The notes under the pieces were generated by a model. It saw only the letters and a program-made list of their open reading frames with translations. It ran no database searches and was not told where the DNA came from. A DNA stretch of 64,000 nucleotides from Bacteroidota bacterium (GTDB taxonomy: Bacteria > Bacteroidota > Bacteroidia > Bacteroidales > JAGNHN01): positions 65,682 to 129,681 of the forward strand of contig JAKLHK010000005.1 in assembly GCA_022710185.1 (NCBI GenBank). The letters run 5' to 3'. Shown piece by piece: positions 50,388 to 60,912 of the stretch; within the stretch, counting starts at the first letter, position 1, and every line of letters begins with the position of its first letter. A program made the position numbers and the translations under genes.

Positions 50388-51926
50388 CTATGGTTTTTCC
50401 CTCTCCCCCTGCGCCTCTTCGGCCCCGTGTTTCTGCGCCTCATCGCTACGCACCCGCGGGAGCATGGCCGATACGAGGGCCCTGGCGAAGCGCTCCTGCC
50501 CATAATCGGTGAGGTGGATGAAATCCCAGTACAGGAACCCGCTATCCTCAAACGCAGGCAGAATGCGGTGCATATCCACCAGGGGTACCCGGGCAGAGCT
50601 TGCCGTAACGCGCATGATATTGAGGTTGTCGAGGTGAAAGGAGCGGATCTCGTTCACCGGTTCAGCAAGCAGGAAGGGCGTCCCTCCCCTTTCCCTTGCC
50701 AGCCGGACCATGGCGTTCAGGTTATGCCCGAAGCGCGGGTTGCCTGAATCGTTGAAGCCCAGGTTGATGACCACATACCGCGGTCTTAGTCCGGCCCAGT
50801 CATCCCGGTACATCTCCAGCAGCACATCGGAGTTCATGCCCGAGATTCCGGCATTGATGGCCTCTACCGCCCTGCCTCCCAGGGAATCCGAGAGCATACG
50901 GGCAAAGCGGCTGGCCAGGGTCAGGCTATCCGCGGAGGCCCCTGCGCCCCAGGTCTGGGAGGAGCCGATGAACAATACCCGGAGTGTGCTGTCCCCGTCG
51001 GCAGGAGCGTATTGCTGCCGGATGCGCTGGCTGACCTCCCTGCCTTCCTCGATGGTGGAGACCCGCTGGCCCCATTTGACCATCCAGCGCGGGGGATAGC
51101 GCTCGATCCCGACCGTCAGGAAGAAGAGGGAAAGGGCGGCAGTGAGTACGGTGATGTTCACGGACAGCGGCAGCAGCCATCGCCGCTGACCGTAAAGCAG
51201 CAGAAAGGCTGCATTGGAGAGGACGAGGAAAGCCAGGTAGATCAGGTAATGGTGGTATTTTTTACTGAAATCCTCCCCAAATACTTGTTGGTCGGTCCCC
51301 TGGAACAGGCGGACATCGTCCACCTCAGTGCGGCGTCCGCTGCCCCTGAGCCCCAGCAGGGGTACTGCCGGGCCATTCTCGCGGTGTACGGCGAGCAGCG
51401 TGCCATCGAGAAAGGCGCGTGTTTCCCGGGCCTCCCTTTCCAGGCGGAGCTCATGCCATACCTCCGGGACCTGCCAATGTCTTATAAGATCCTTATCCGT
51501 GAACTCCATGGACCGCAGTCCGAGCCAGGCCGGAGCATGGGCCGGATGGGCAGAAAGGCGCAGCGCATAGAGCTCATCGTCCAGCCCTGCATAGTATACC
51601 ACCAGGAAGGCCGAGTCTTCCAGCCGGAAGCGGAGCGTGAGGCGGTCGTAGGCGAGCGTATCCTTGAGGAAAACTTCCTGGTAGCCATGCCAGGTGCCCA
51701 GGTCCAGGCGATGGTGGGCCAGGGCACGGTAGGTCAGCACGAAGGACCAGGCCCCCATCAGGCCTTTCTCCAGTTTCACCTTGCTGCTTTCCCAGCGGGC
51801 ATTTCTCCAGATCGTATTGGTATAGGCAGTATACAGCCCATGGAACGAAAGCAGGAAAGCCAGTAATATGACATTAAATATCAGAATATTACGTACAGTA
51901 AACTTGCGATTGCCCTGAGGGTCCAT
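50388..51926 (-). CDS. Membrane-anchored SGNH/GDSL-family hydrolase
   Basis: 512 aa from the ATG at 51926. It has an N-terminal TM, and the C-terminal blocks are VLFIGSSQTWGAG (I), INLGFNDSG (III) and DFIHLTDYG (V). Confidence 0.7.
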   Translation of the reverse strand: MDPQGNRKFTVRNILIFNVILLAFLLSFHGLYTAYTNTIWRNARWESSKVKLEKGLMGAWSFVLTYRALAHHRLDLGTWHGYQEVFLKDTLAYDRLTLRFRLEDSAFLVVYYAGLDDELYALRLSAHPAHAPAWLGLRSMEFTDKDLIRHWQVPEVWHELRLEREARETRAFLDGTLLAVHRENGPAVPLLGLRGSGRRTEVDDVRLFQGTDQQVFGEDFSKKYHHYLIYLAFLVLSNAAFLLLYGQRRWLLPLSVNITVLTAALSLFFLTVGIERYPPRWMVKWGQRVSTIEEGREVSQRIRQQYAPADGDSTLRVLFIGSSQTWGAGASADSLTLASRFARMLSDSLGGRAVEAINAGISGMNSDVLLEMYRDDWAGLRPRYVVINLGFNDSGNPRFGHNLNAMVRLARERGGTPFLLAEPVNEIRSFHLDNLNIMRVTASSARVPLVDMHRILPAFEDSGFLYWDFIHLTDYGQERFARALVSAMLPRVRSDEAQKHGAEEAQGEREKP

Positions 51927-51937
51927 GGTCGGGTGGT

Positions 51938-53179
51938 TTAGGCCGGGATGGGGCGGGCCTTGATGAGGTTGTGAAGGAAAAGGGTCCAGAGGATCCAGGA
52001 ATATCCCAGGACGGGATAGAAGAAGCGGGAGAACTCCACCGAGGATCCGGCCGCCATCAGTACAAAGGCCAGCACGGTACCCCCTGCGGCAAAAAGCAGG
52101 GCCCGACGGACGAGCTTGCTGTTCTGGCTCCTGAAACGGAGCCACGGGACGGAGAAGGCCGGAAAAAGGAACAACAGCACCGGGAGGCGGAAGGGCTCCA
52201 GCCCGGCGATGTTCATGCGGGTGAACGCATAGAAGGTGGCGGCCGGGTGGAGCAGGGCATGGATGGTATTTCGCAGGGTCCCCTGAAGGAACCCGCTGAG
52301 ATAGGCCCAGGGGTCATGCCTTCGGAGGGCAGTATTGAAGGCATACAGTTCCTTGCGGGAATGATGGGTGAGCAGGGCATTGAAGGCCTGCCAGAAATCC
52401 CGGCCCTGCTGCCGGGCCATGGCCATCTCCCTGGAAATCTCCTGTTCCGGCATCGCCTGGAACAGGGCATAGTCGTACACCTTCTGCAGCTGCAGCACGC
52501 GGGTGGTTTCGCTCAGGCCCGGGATCCCGTGTTGACGGTTGTTGAGCATACTGAATCCCGTCACCGCAATGAACACAATGAAGGCGCCGGCCAGCAGGGT
52601 GCGTATCGTTCCACGGCTGATCTGCTTCAACTGGCTGAGGAACAATACTGCCATGCCCAGTGCGAGCCAGAAAAAATACAGTTTCAGGAAGATGCCCAGC
52701 AGGGTAAGGACGATCAGGCCGGCTGCCCAGGGCGGTCTTCCGCCTTCCATTACCCTGAGGAAAAGATAGAGCATGGCCAGCGCCACCAGCAGGGCCAGGC
52801 TTTCGGTCATCATGCAGTGCTCCCAACTGATGAGGTAAGGGTCGATGGCAAACAGCAGGGCCGCGACCAGTGCCCAGCTTTCATCGCGGAGCAGGCGCTT
52901 CAGGATCAGGAAGATCAGGACTGCAGAACCCAGTCCGAAGCCTGACTGGACCCACAGCAGCGCGGACTCCAGGGGTGCCAGCGGGGCGAACCACCCGCAG
53001 CACAGCAGAAGGACCGGATAGGTGAGCAACCTGGAGCTGTGCAATGTACCGGTGCGCAGCATATCTGCAGCCAGGAGATAATCGCCGGAGTCGTAGTGCG
53101 TGGAATTGAACCCAAAGACATAATGTCCCAGCAGCAGCCTGGCCAGGATACCGGCCACAGCCACAAGCAGGATTTTCAT
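51938..53179 (-). CDS. Polytopic membrane protein (glycosyltransferase-C / polymerase-like), function unassigned
   Basis: About 413 aa with at least 9 hydrophobic segments, inside the polysaccharide locus. The start is uncertain; alternative Met codons run up to 53230. Confidence 0.5.
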   Translation of the reverse strand: MKILLVAVAGILARLLLGHYVFGFNSTHYDSGDYLLAADMLRTGTLHSSRLLTYPVLLLCCGWFAPLAPLESALLWVQSGFGLGSAVLIFLILKRLLRDESWALVAALLFAIDPYLISWEHCMMTESLALLVALAMLYLFLRVMEGGRPPWAAGLIVLTLLGIFLKLYFFWLALGMAVLFLSQLKQISRGTIRTLLAGAFIVFIAVTGFSMLNNRQHGIPGLSETTRVLQLQKVYDYALFQAMPEQEISREMAMARQQGRDFWQAFNALLTHHSRKELYAFNTALRRHDPWAYLSGFLQGTLRNTIHALLHPAATFYAFTRMNIAGLEPFRLPVLLFLFPAFSVPWLRFRSQNSKLVRRALLFAAGGTVLAFVLMAAGSSVEFSRFFYPVLGYSWILWTLFLHNLIKARPIPA

Positions 53180-53208
53180 ACCTTTATCCGACATTCCGGG
53201 GAGCCGCA

Positions 53209-54255
53209 TTGGAAGGGATGAAATTACCACATTATCTGCATATCCGTAACCACTGGAAACATGCCCTGTGGTTCAACCTGGGGGCCATCCTGCTTATCCT
53301 GCTGGGGGCTGAAGGGATCTGCCGATGGCTGGAGGCCAAGGCATCGTCGGCCCAGGAGCGCATCCGTACCGAGCGGGTATACGAGGTCATCCCTGATGAT
53401 CTCGTGGGAGGAAGGCTGGCACCCGACACCCGGCGGCTGACGCGGAAGTATGCGGATGGCCGGCTGATCTATGAGGCTGTGGTGACCACTGATCCCCATG
53501 GCCTGCGTATTGCCCCGCCCTGCGGAGCGTGTGACTCCGCAGTCCTTTTTTTTGGCGACAGTTTCACCTACGGCGAAGGAGTAGATGATACCGCCACCAT
53601 GCCCTGGCGTGTGGGCCTGAGGGCCCGTGACCGCTACAGGACCTATAATTTCGCCGTCCATGGCTACGGACCCCACCAAATGCTATCGCTCGTCGAGCAC
53701 GGGCGGGTAGACCCCATCGTGGAAGAGCCTGTGGCCTGCGTTATTTATCAGGCCATTTATCCGGAACATGTGCACCGCCTCATGGGCCATTATTCCTGGA
53801 ATGCCCACGGGCCACGTTATGCTTTGAAGGAAGACGGAACCCTGCGATTCATGGGGCCCTTCGACCAACAGCCCAGGCCCTCCTGGCACCAGGCCATGGA
53901 GAAAAGTGCCCTGGGGCGCCGCATCCTGAGTTATGCCCCGCGGGCAGGGGAACGGGACAAGGCACTCTTCGTGGCCGTGGTGTGTCGCACCTCTGAACTG
54001 CTCCGCCAGCGCTGGCCGGGCGCGCGCTTCCACCTGATCGTCTGGGATTGGACCGATGGGGCCGACAGCCTCTGGTTCAGGCAGATCAGCGGTGCCGGTA
54101 TCCAGGTACATGATATCCGCGATATCCTTCCGGATGGAAACAAATCCAACCTGGCCTACAAGATCAGTCCGGACGACAAGCACCCCAATCCTCAGACCCA
54201 TCAGCTCATCGCGGACTATGTAACGAGGAATGTCCTGGGGCTGGACGTGCCCTGA
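53209..54255 (+). CDS. SGNH/GDSL-like hydrolase with an N-terminal membrane anchor
   Basis: 348 aa. The block I-like motif is VLFFGDSFTYGEG. There is one N-terminal TM segment. Confidence 0.55.
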   Translation: MEGMKLPHYLHIRNHWKHALWFNLGAILLILLGAEGICRWLEAKASSAQERIRTERVYEVIPDDLVGGRLAPDTRRLTRKYADGRLIYEAVVTTDPHGLRIAPPCGACDSAVLFFGDSFTYGEGVDDTATMPWRVGLRARDRYRTYNFAVHGYGPHQMLSLVEHGRVDPIVEEPVACVIYQAIYPEHVHRLMGHYSWNAHGPRYALKEDGTLRFMGPFDQQPRPSWHQAMEKSALGRRILSYAPRAGERDKALFVAVVCRTSELLRQRWPGARFHLIVWDWTDGADSLWFRQISGAGIQVHDIRDILPDGNKSNLAYKISPDDKHPNPQTHQLIADYVTRNVLGLDVP

Positions 54256-54407
54256 GCCTGGGGGATGTACGATGTTCCCATGGGCGCATGGGCGCATTTT
54301 CGATTTATCGCCCTAATGAGTCCCTGATCATGTTTGATAAGCAATGTTAACCCGCCTCCGCAAAGAGCGGAAATGTTCATATTGAGCATACCACAGCCGC
54401 CAGGCTA

Positions 54408-56384
54408 TTAAGGGGCGGGTGTTTCCAGTGGCGGGCCGCCCGGATCGCCCGGCTGGGGGCCGAACAGCTTCACCTTGATCTCGTGGATGAGGGCATTCAG
54501 GCGGGGATCCTCCTTATCCGTAAGGCATTGATAGAGGCAGTCGAGGGCTTCCTGGTACCTGCCCAGGTTGTAGTTGGCCAGGCCCATATTGTACAGCACC
54601 AGCCGGTCGCTGGGCAGGATTTCATGGGCTTCCTGCAGGTATTCCAGCGCCCGGGCATGCTCCCCCATCCTTCCGTGCAGTACCCCAAGCTCAGAGAGGA
54701 CGGTGAGGTACCGGGGCATCTGCTGCAGGGCCAGTTCCAGGTCGTGCCGGGCCTGTTCCACATGGTTGAGGTTCATATGGGCCTTGCCCCGGAACCAGAG
54801 CAAAGGGTTGTTGCTGGGGTCGATCTGGGTGAGCCGGGTGTACCCCCGGTCGATCGCCTTCACCGCCTCGGTCCATCGGCCTGCTGAATTGTGGGCATAG
54901 GCCTCATTGGCCGCCACTTCCCCCCTGACCCAGATGCGTCCCAGGGGCAGACTGGCCAGAAGAAAGGCCATCATGCCGTACAGCACCCAGGGCCTGCCGT
55001 GCTCCGGGCTGCCTTTGTGTGCGGGAACCGGCTGCTTTTCGATGCCGAGGATGAGCCCGGTATACAGCATCGCCATCATGCCCATATCCAGTCGCTCATA
55101 GGGGAAAGAAAACATGGAATCCAGGCTGTAGCCGGCCAGGCCGCCCAGTGCCAGAAGAACCAGCAGCAGCCCCTGGCGGTCCGAGGAACGGCCCAGGTAT
55201 CTCAGTCCTTTCCATGCGAGCAGCATAAAGAAGGCGAGGTATACTCCCAGGGCCGGCACCCCTTTTTCGGCAGCAATCAGAAGAAAATCGTTGTGCGGCC
55301 GCCTCCAGTTGTGGTATTGGGTTGTCATATACCCCTTCTCGTAATAGCCCGGGGCCTTGATCTTCCAGTTGCCGGCGCCCACTCCAAGCCAGGGCCGGTC
55401 CTGGATCATCTGCCAGGTGTAGCCCCAGATCACAAGCCGGGTTTGCCTGTTCTGTGTTTTATTATCTACGATGGAAGCTGCCCGCTCACCCAATCCGGTG
55501 ATCGCATCCCCCTTGGCGGGAGCGTCAAGTCTGCCCTGCCTGGCCGCACTCAGGGAGGCCTGAGTGAGCAGGCTGGCGGAAAGGACAGCGATCCCGAGGC
55601 ACAAGCCGATCATTCCGGCAGATTTCCTGCCCTTACCGCCCCATAGGGCCTGGCGGACAGCTGGAAGGAAAATGGCCAGTATTGCAGGGATCAGGATCAG
55701 GGCAAGTACGGCCAGCCATTGGGCGCGGGTTTGCATGAGCATCAGCATCAGGAGCTCCAGGGTAAAGGCCCCGGCCGCGGTAAAGCGCTCGGGCCTGCTT
55801 CCCGAATATATGCTGTACACCAGCATGGGCAGGGTGAGGAACATCATCCCGCTGAATACATTCTTATGCGACATCAGGCCATAGATACGGTAGAGTTGCT
55901 GCAGGTCGGCTTCGCCGAAAACGAAGGCGCCGTATTGGTACAGCCCGATGAGGGCCTGGGCCCAGGCCAGGAGGATGACGGTCCAGCGCAGGGCCAGGAG
56001 GGCCTTGTCCATCATCATGAACAGCATGAACGCTATCAGGAAACACAACAGCATTCCCAGGCGGAAGAGGTCGAACACCCCTTCCCAGGGATTATAGGCT
56101 ACGCTGAGGCTGAGCGCCGAGAGCAGGAGGAACCCCAGCCAAAGGCGGACGGGCCAGGGCTTAAATAAGGCCTTGAGGGAAAGTTTTTTATGGACCTGAA
56201 AATGCAGCAGGGGAAGGAATGCCAGCAGGAGTACCGCCAGGAGGACGAATTTCGGTGTCAGGGTGACATCGATGGCCGGCCGGTAAAAGAAGAGCGGCAC
56301 GACCAGGAACATCAACAGGGAAAAGGCCCAGGCGGTCCGGCTGGACAGGGCGGATGGTTGTGGAGGGGCAGGCTTCCGGCTCAT
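54408..56384 (-). CDS. O-antigen ligase (Wzy_C) family membrane protein fused to C-terminal TPR repeats
   Basis: 658 aa. Multi-TM with the RRPHNDFLLIAAEKG motif, then about 200 aa of TPR-like repeats (ALEYLQEAHEILPSDRLVLYNMGLANYNLGRYQEALDCL). Confidence 0.75.
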   Translation of the reverse strand: MSRKPAPPQPSALSSRTAWAFSLLMFLVVPLFFYRPAIDVTLTPKFVLLAVLLLAFLPLLHFQVHKKLSLKALFKPWPVRLWLGFLLLSALSLSVAYNPWEGVFDLFRLGMLLCFLIAFMLFMMMDKALLALRWTVILLAWAQALIGLYQYGAFVFGEADLQQLYRIYGLMSHKNVFSGMMFLTLPMLVYSIYSGSRPERFTAAGAFTLELLMLMLMQTRAQWLAVLALILIPAILAIFLPAVRQALWGGKGRKSAGMIGLCLGIAVLSASLLTQASLSAARQGRLDAPAKGDAITGLGERAASIVDNKTQNRQTRLVIWGYTWQMIQDRPWLGVGAGNWKIKAPGYYEKGYMTTQYHNWRRPHNDFLLIAAEKGVPALGVYLAFFMLLAWKGLRYLGRSSDRQGLLLVLLALGGLAGYSLDSMFSFPYERLDMGMMAMLYTGLILGIEKQPVPAHKGSPEHGRPWVLYGMMAFLLASLPLGRIWVRGEVAANEAYAHNSAGRWTEAVKAIDRGYTRLTQIDPSNNPLLWFRGKAHMNLNHVEQARHDLELALQQMPRYLTVLSELGVLHGRMGEHARALEYLQEAHEILPSDRLVLYNMGLANYNLGRYQEALDCLYQCLTDKEDPRLNALIHEIKVKLFGPQPGDPGGPPLETPAP

Positions 56385-56478
56385 GGGTGGGGATTATGCT
56401 CAAAAACGCTACATTCGCAGGGTACAGGTTGTCCAATACCCGGAACGAAGGTAAGAAATACTCCATCCACCCTCCCTG

Positions 56479-57450
56479 ATGAACCTGCCTTCCCTTAGCA
56501 TAATGATGCCGGTGTTCAACGGTGAGCGCTACCTCAGGGAGAGCATCGCTTCGCTGCTTGAACAGACGTACCGGGATTTTGAGTTGATCATTGTGAACGA
56601 CGGTTCCACAGACGGCACGCTCCAGGTCACCAGGGAGTTCGCAGACCCCCGCATCCGGCTGCTGGACCGCAGCCTGAACCGGGGCGTGGTGTATAGCCGC
56701 AATGAAGCCCTGGACGCAGCCCAAGGGGAATTTCTGGCCTTTTTCGATGCCGATGATGTGGCCCATCCAGACAAGTTCAGGATACAGCTGCAGTATCTCC
56801 GACACCATCCTGAGCTCGGATTGGTGGGCTCCACGGCCCGCAGGATCGGCCCCCGGGGCGAGCACCTTGGTCACTGGAAACTGCACGGAGGGCCGGACGA
56901 ACTCATTGCCAACATGCTGTTCCATAATGCCTTCGTTAACTCCAGCGTGGTCTTCCGTAAGGAAGCCCTGGACGGTCTGCGCTTCGTAGAAGGCCTGGCC
57001 CCTTGCGAAGATTATCTGTTCTGGTGGATGATGATGCAGCATAACCGCGCCAGCATCCTCGGTCCTCCCCTGCTCAGCTACCGGGTGCATGGGCAAAGCC
57101 TGACGGGTTCCCAGCCTGAGCGACTGCAGCACTGTGACCGTGAAGTGGCCCGTAACATCCTGACCGGGGCTGGCATGGAACCTACTGAAAATGAACTTGA
57201 TGGGCATCTTGGACTGAAATACGGCCGCAGGCTGAAGCATGCGGGTGAGCTGAGCGCCCTGAGGTCATGGTTTTTGAAACTGGCCAGGGAACAGCGTTCC
57301 GCACCCCGGCAAGTCATGCGCCGGGTGCTGATAAACCGTTGGCTGAAAGTGATCTACCTCTGCCGTCCCCGGCTACTGCTGATGCTGAGTGCCGGGGCTG
57401 ACCTGCGTTTCTGGGCTGAACTTCTCCGGTCATATCCCCTGCATCGATGA
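56479..57450 (+). CDS. Family 2 glycosyltransferase
   Basis: LSIMMPVFNGERYL, IIVNDGSTDGT and FFDADD motifs. Confidence 0.88.
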   Translation: MNLPSLSIMMPVFNGERYLRESIASLLEQTYRDFELIIVNDGSTDGTLQVTREFADPRIRLLDRSLNRGVVYSRNEALDAAQGEFLAFFDADDVAHPDKFRIQLQYLRHHPELGLVGSTARRIGPRGEHLGHWKLHGGPDELIANMLFHNAFVNSSVVFRKEALDGLRFVEGLAPCEDYLFWWMMMQHNRASILGPPLLSYRVHGQSLTGSQPERLQHCDREVARNILTGAGMEPTENELDGHLGLKYGRRLKHAGELSALRSWFLKLAREQRSAPRQVMRRVLINRWLKVIYLCRPRLLLMLSAGADLRFWAELLRSYPLHR

Positions 57451-58325
57451 AGGAAACCGCCGATATCACGGTACTTGCGGCCAATTACAACAATGGCCCC
57501 TACCTGCAGGAGTTCATCCGGAGCATCCTCGCATCGGAGGTGCTGCCCCGCTGCATCCTCATCGTGGACGACGGGTCTACCGATGCGAGCCGGGCTATCC
57601 TGGAGGGGTATCGTAAGGACCCGCGCTTCGATATTGTGCTCCTTGAACACAACGAAGGCTTCGCCCGTGCGCTCAACCATGGCCTCGACAGGGTGAGTAC
57701 CTCCTATATCCTGCGTGCCGATCCCGACGACATCCTGTTGCCGGGGCGCATCGGGACGCAATGGCGCTTTCTGGAAGCCCATCCTGAGCTGAGTGGCGTG
57801 GGCTGTAATGTGGAATATGTAGAATCGGGGTCGGGGCGGCGCATCCTGGGATCCAACTTCCCTTCCGGGCCCGGGGCCGTGGACCGGGCCTACCGCAAGG
57901 GGCAGCATGGCATGCAGCACCCCACGGTGATGCTGCGCAGCGCTGCCCTGGGGGGGGTCCGCTACCACCAGGAGACTGTACCTGCCGAGGACTACGACCT
58001 GTTCGCCCGCCTGGTGGCGGCAGGGTGCCGTTTCGACAACATCCGCGGGATATTGTACCGTATGCGTATCCACGAACGCAGTGCGAGCAGCAATCTGAAA
58101 TTCACCACGATACACAAGACCTTCCGTCTACGGAAGGAGATCTTCGGGAAGGACACCCCCTGGCTGAAGCAGTTCATATACTTCCTGCACATGCGGGCAT
58201 ACCGGAACGGCCTGCTGGCGGGAAATCGACCCGGGAGGTACGCCTGGTTCCTGGTTTCGGCCCTGCTGCGCCCGGCGTCGTTGCTGGAACGGCTCATGAA
58301 ACAGCGAAAGGACCATCCGGCATGA
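57447..58325 (+). CDS. Family 2 glycosyltransferase
   Basis: ITVLAANYNNGPYL, IVDDGSTDAS and RADPDD motifs. It overlaps the previous gene by 4 nt. Confidence 0.85.
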   Translation: MKETADITVLAANYNNGPYLQEFIRSILASEVLPRCILIVDDGSTDASRAILEGYRKDPRFDIVLLEHNEGFARALNHGLDRVSTSYILRADPDDILLPGRIGTQWRFLEAHPELSGVGCNVEYVESGSGRRILGSNFPSGPGAVDRAYRKGQHGMQHPTVMLRSAALGGVRYHQETVPAEDYDLFARLVAAGCRFDNIRGILYRMRIHERSASSNLKFTTIHKTFRLRKEIFGKDTPWLKQFIYFLHMRAYRNGLLAGNRPGRYAWFLVSALLRPASLLERLMKQRKDHPA

Positions 58326-59479
58326 GCCTATCCGGCCACATCGGCGCATCCGCTCCAGGGGCGGAGCCACCCCAGGGGAGGCGCAGGCTGAGGATAGGTA
58401 TCCTGGGCAGCCGGGGGATCCCCAACCGCTATGGGGGATTTGAGCAATTGGCTGAACGGCTTTCGGCCGCACTGGCCGCGCTGGGAGAAGAAGTAATCGT
58501 ATACAGTCCGCATCACCATCCCTGGCGCGAAAGAGAATGGCAAGGAGTGAAGATCGTACGGTGTGTGGATCCTTATCGTCTGCTGGGCCCCGCAAGCCAG
58601 TTCCTGTATGACCTGCTTTGCATCCTCGACAGTCGCCGCAGGGGTTTCGACCTCATCCTGCAGCTTGGGTACACCAGCAGCGCCCCCTGGTACCGGCTGC
58701 ACCCCGCTCACGCCAGGGTGATCACCCATACCGATGGGGTTGAATGGACACGCTCGAAATACCGGGGTCTGGTGAAAACCTACCTGCGATGGGCCGAAAG
58801 CAGCTCGGTGAGGCATAGCCATGCCCTGATCGCCGATGCCCTGGCGATCCGGGACCACCTGCGGCTTCGCTACGGGCAGGAGGCAGAATATATTGCCTAC
58901 GGAGCTGAACCGGATGCCCCGAAAAGCGAAGGTATGCCGGAAAGGTTCGGGCTGGAGCCGGGGGCCTATTTCCTGGCCGTGGGTCGTTTTCAGTCCGACA
59001 ACCACCAGGAGCTGATGATACGCGCCTGGGAGGAGGCCGGAAGGCCCTGGCCGCTGGTGTTGGTGGGGAATGCCGGCAACCGTTTCGGACAGGGGCTTCA
59101 GGACCGGCACGCCCACCCCATGCTGATGTTTCCCGGTCCAGTATATGACCAGGGGGCCCTGCGGGGCTTGAGGGCCGGCTGCGGCCTCTACCTGCACGGG
59201 CATTCCGGGGGGGGGACCAATCCTTCCCTGCTCGAAGCCATGGCCGATGGAGCCCTGATCGCGGCTCACGACAATGTTTTCAACCGGGAAGTGCTCCAGG
59301 GGCGTGGTTTCTTCTTCAAAACACCGGAAGAATTGGCCGGCCAGCTTACCGAAACGGTCAATACCCCCTACCGTGGTTCCTGGCCAGAGGAAAACCGGCA
59401 GCATATCGTGGAGCGCTACAACTGGGAAGGGGTAATCAGGACGTATCATGCACTCTTTCAACGCATGCTGAAATTATGA
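58322..59479 (+). CDS. GT4-type glycosyltransferase with an N-terminal DUF1972-like domain
   Basis: 385 aa from the ATG at 58322 (ATGA overlap). IGILGSRGIPNRYGGFEQ is typical of DUF1972, and the C-terminal half is GT1/GT4-like with EAMADGALI. Confidence 0.8.
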   Translation: MSLSGHIGASAPGAEPPQGRRRLRIGILGSRGIPNRYGGFEQLAERLSAALAALGEEVIVYSPHHHPWREREWQGVKIVRCVDPYRLLGPASQFLYDLLCILDSRRRGFDLILQLGYTSSAPWYRLHPAHARVITHTDGVEWTRSKYRGLVKTYLRWAESSSVRHSHALIADALAIRDHLRLRYGQEAEYIAYGAEPDAPKSEGMPERFGLEPGAYFLAVGRFQSDNHQELMIRAWEEAGRPWPLVLVGNAGNRFGQGLQDRHAHPMLMFPGPVYDQGALRGLRAGCGLYLHGHSGGGTNPSLLEAMADGALIAAHDNVFNREVLQGRGFFFKTPEELAGQLTETVNTPYRGSWPEENRQHIVERYNWEGVIRTYHALFQRMLKL

Positions 59480-60873
59480 GCCCGGACAGCAACAACAGAC
59501 GATGGTCCCCACGACTGCACCAGGCCCTGACGCTGGCCTCGGTGCTGGGTGACCTGCTCATTATCAACCTGCTCATCGCGCGATTCTGGCTGGCGGATGC
59601 GAGGCTGGTCCTGGGGGGTGTATGGCCTTGGGCGCTGATCCTGTCCTGCCTGACCTGGCTGGCCCTGGCATGGGGCTTCCACCTCAACCCGGCGTCCCGG
59701 CGCATGGGCCGCAAGGTTCTGAGCGCCCGCATCAGCGCCGCCACCGCTATCCTGCTGTTCATCATCCTGCTGGGGCATATCGCCCTGAACCGTAATATCA
59801 CCCTTTCTCCCGACTTCCTCTATTTCAGTATCGCACTCCTGATCCTGCTCGTGCTCTGGAACCTGTTCATACACAGCCTTGCCCGTTTTTTGCGCAGCAA
59901 AGGCTTTGATCAGCGCCGGGTGGTCATTGCCGGGGCAGGCCCGTGCCTTCCTGCCCTGGAGCATTATTTCCAGCACGAGCGCGGCTCAGGGTATGCCTTT
60001 GCCGGATACCTGAGCGACACGCCGGGTGGCAAGGGATGGCTTGGTGGTACGGGGAACCTCCGGCAGATATGCAGCGCCATGGGGGTCGACGAGCTCTTCC
60101 TTGATCTTTCAGCCCTTGATGCCAGTAAGCGTCAATGTCTCATGGAAACGGCACAGGATATGCACCTTCAGATCACACTCATCCCCGATATCGCAGGTTT
60201 CATTTCGTTTCGACACATCTACCTCCGCCTGGATCAGACACCCCTGATGGCACTGGGATTCAGTCCATTGCAACTCCTGCCCAACCGCTTCATCAAACGC
60301 ACACTGGACCTCCTGGTCTCCTTTTCAGGCATAATGCTGGTGCTTTCCTGGCTGGGACCCCTGATCATGCTGGGAATACGGCTCAGTTCCCCCGGCCCGG
60401 TCCTATTCCGGCAGAAACGGACCGGCTACTACAACCGGACCTTCACCATGCTCAAGTTCAGGACCATGGTCGACAATACGGAAGCTGACACCCATCCGGC
60501 CGGAAAAAACGATCCCCGGACTACGTCCATTGGCCGACTGCTCCGGAGGACCAGCATGGATGAACTGCCTCAGCTGATCAATGTGCTGGCCGGGCAGATG
60601 TCGATCATTGGCCCCCGCCCCCACATGCTTTCGCATACCCAGGCCTTCGACGGAGCCATCCCCCACTATCTTTATCGCCATCATGTCAAACCCGGGATGA
60701 CCGGACTGGCCCAGGTTCGCGGCCTCAGGGGGGAAGTGAATGGGGAAGAAGAGATGCAGGCAAGGATCGCACAGGACATTTTTTATATAGAGCACTGGAG
60801 CCCCTTCCTCGACCTGAGGATTGCCCTGCTCACCTTATGGCAGATCCTTCGGGGAGATGAAAAAGCTTACTGA
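59476..60873 (+). CDS. Undecaprenyl-phosphate sugar phosphotransferase (WbaP/EpsB-like priming enzyme)
   Basis: 465 aa. N-terminal TM segments, with a C-terminal catalytic domain (KRTLDLL, GPVLFRQKRTG, KFRTM, DELPQLINVLAGQMSIIGPRP). Confidence 0.88.
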   Translation: MSPDSNNRRWSPRLHQALTLASVLGDLLIINLLIARFWLADARLVLGGVWPWALILSCLTWLALAWGFHLNPASRRMGRKVLSARISAATAILLFIILLGHIALNRNITLSPDFLYFSIALLILLVLWNLFIHSLARFLRSKGFDQRRVVIAGAGPCLPALEHYFQHERGSGYAFAGYLSDTPGGKGWLGGTGNLRQICSAMGVDELFLDLSALDASKRQCLMETAQDMHLQITLIPDIAGFISFRHIYLRLDQTPLMALGFSPLQLLPNRFIKRTLDLLVSFSGIMLVLSWLGPLIMLGIRLSSPGPVLFRQKRTGYYNRTFTMLKFRTMVDNTEADTHPAGKNDPRTTSIGRLLRRTSMDELPQLINVLAGQMSIIGPRPHMLSHTQAFDGAIPHYLYRHHVKPGMTGLAQVRGLRGEVNGEEEMQARIAQDIFYIEHWSPFLDLRIALLTLWQILRGDEKAY

Positions 60874-60912
60874 TCCCTTGGGGACCGTCAATCATCTACT
60901 GTACCGGCAGGA

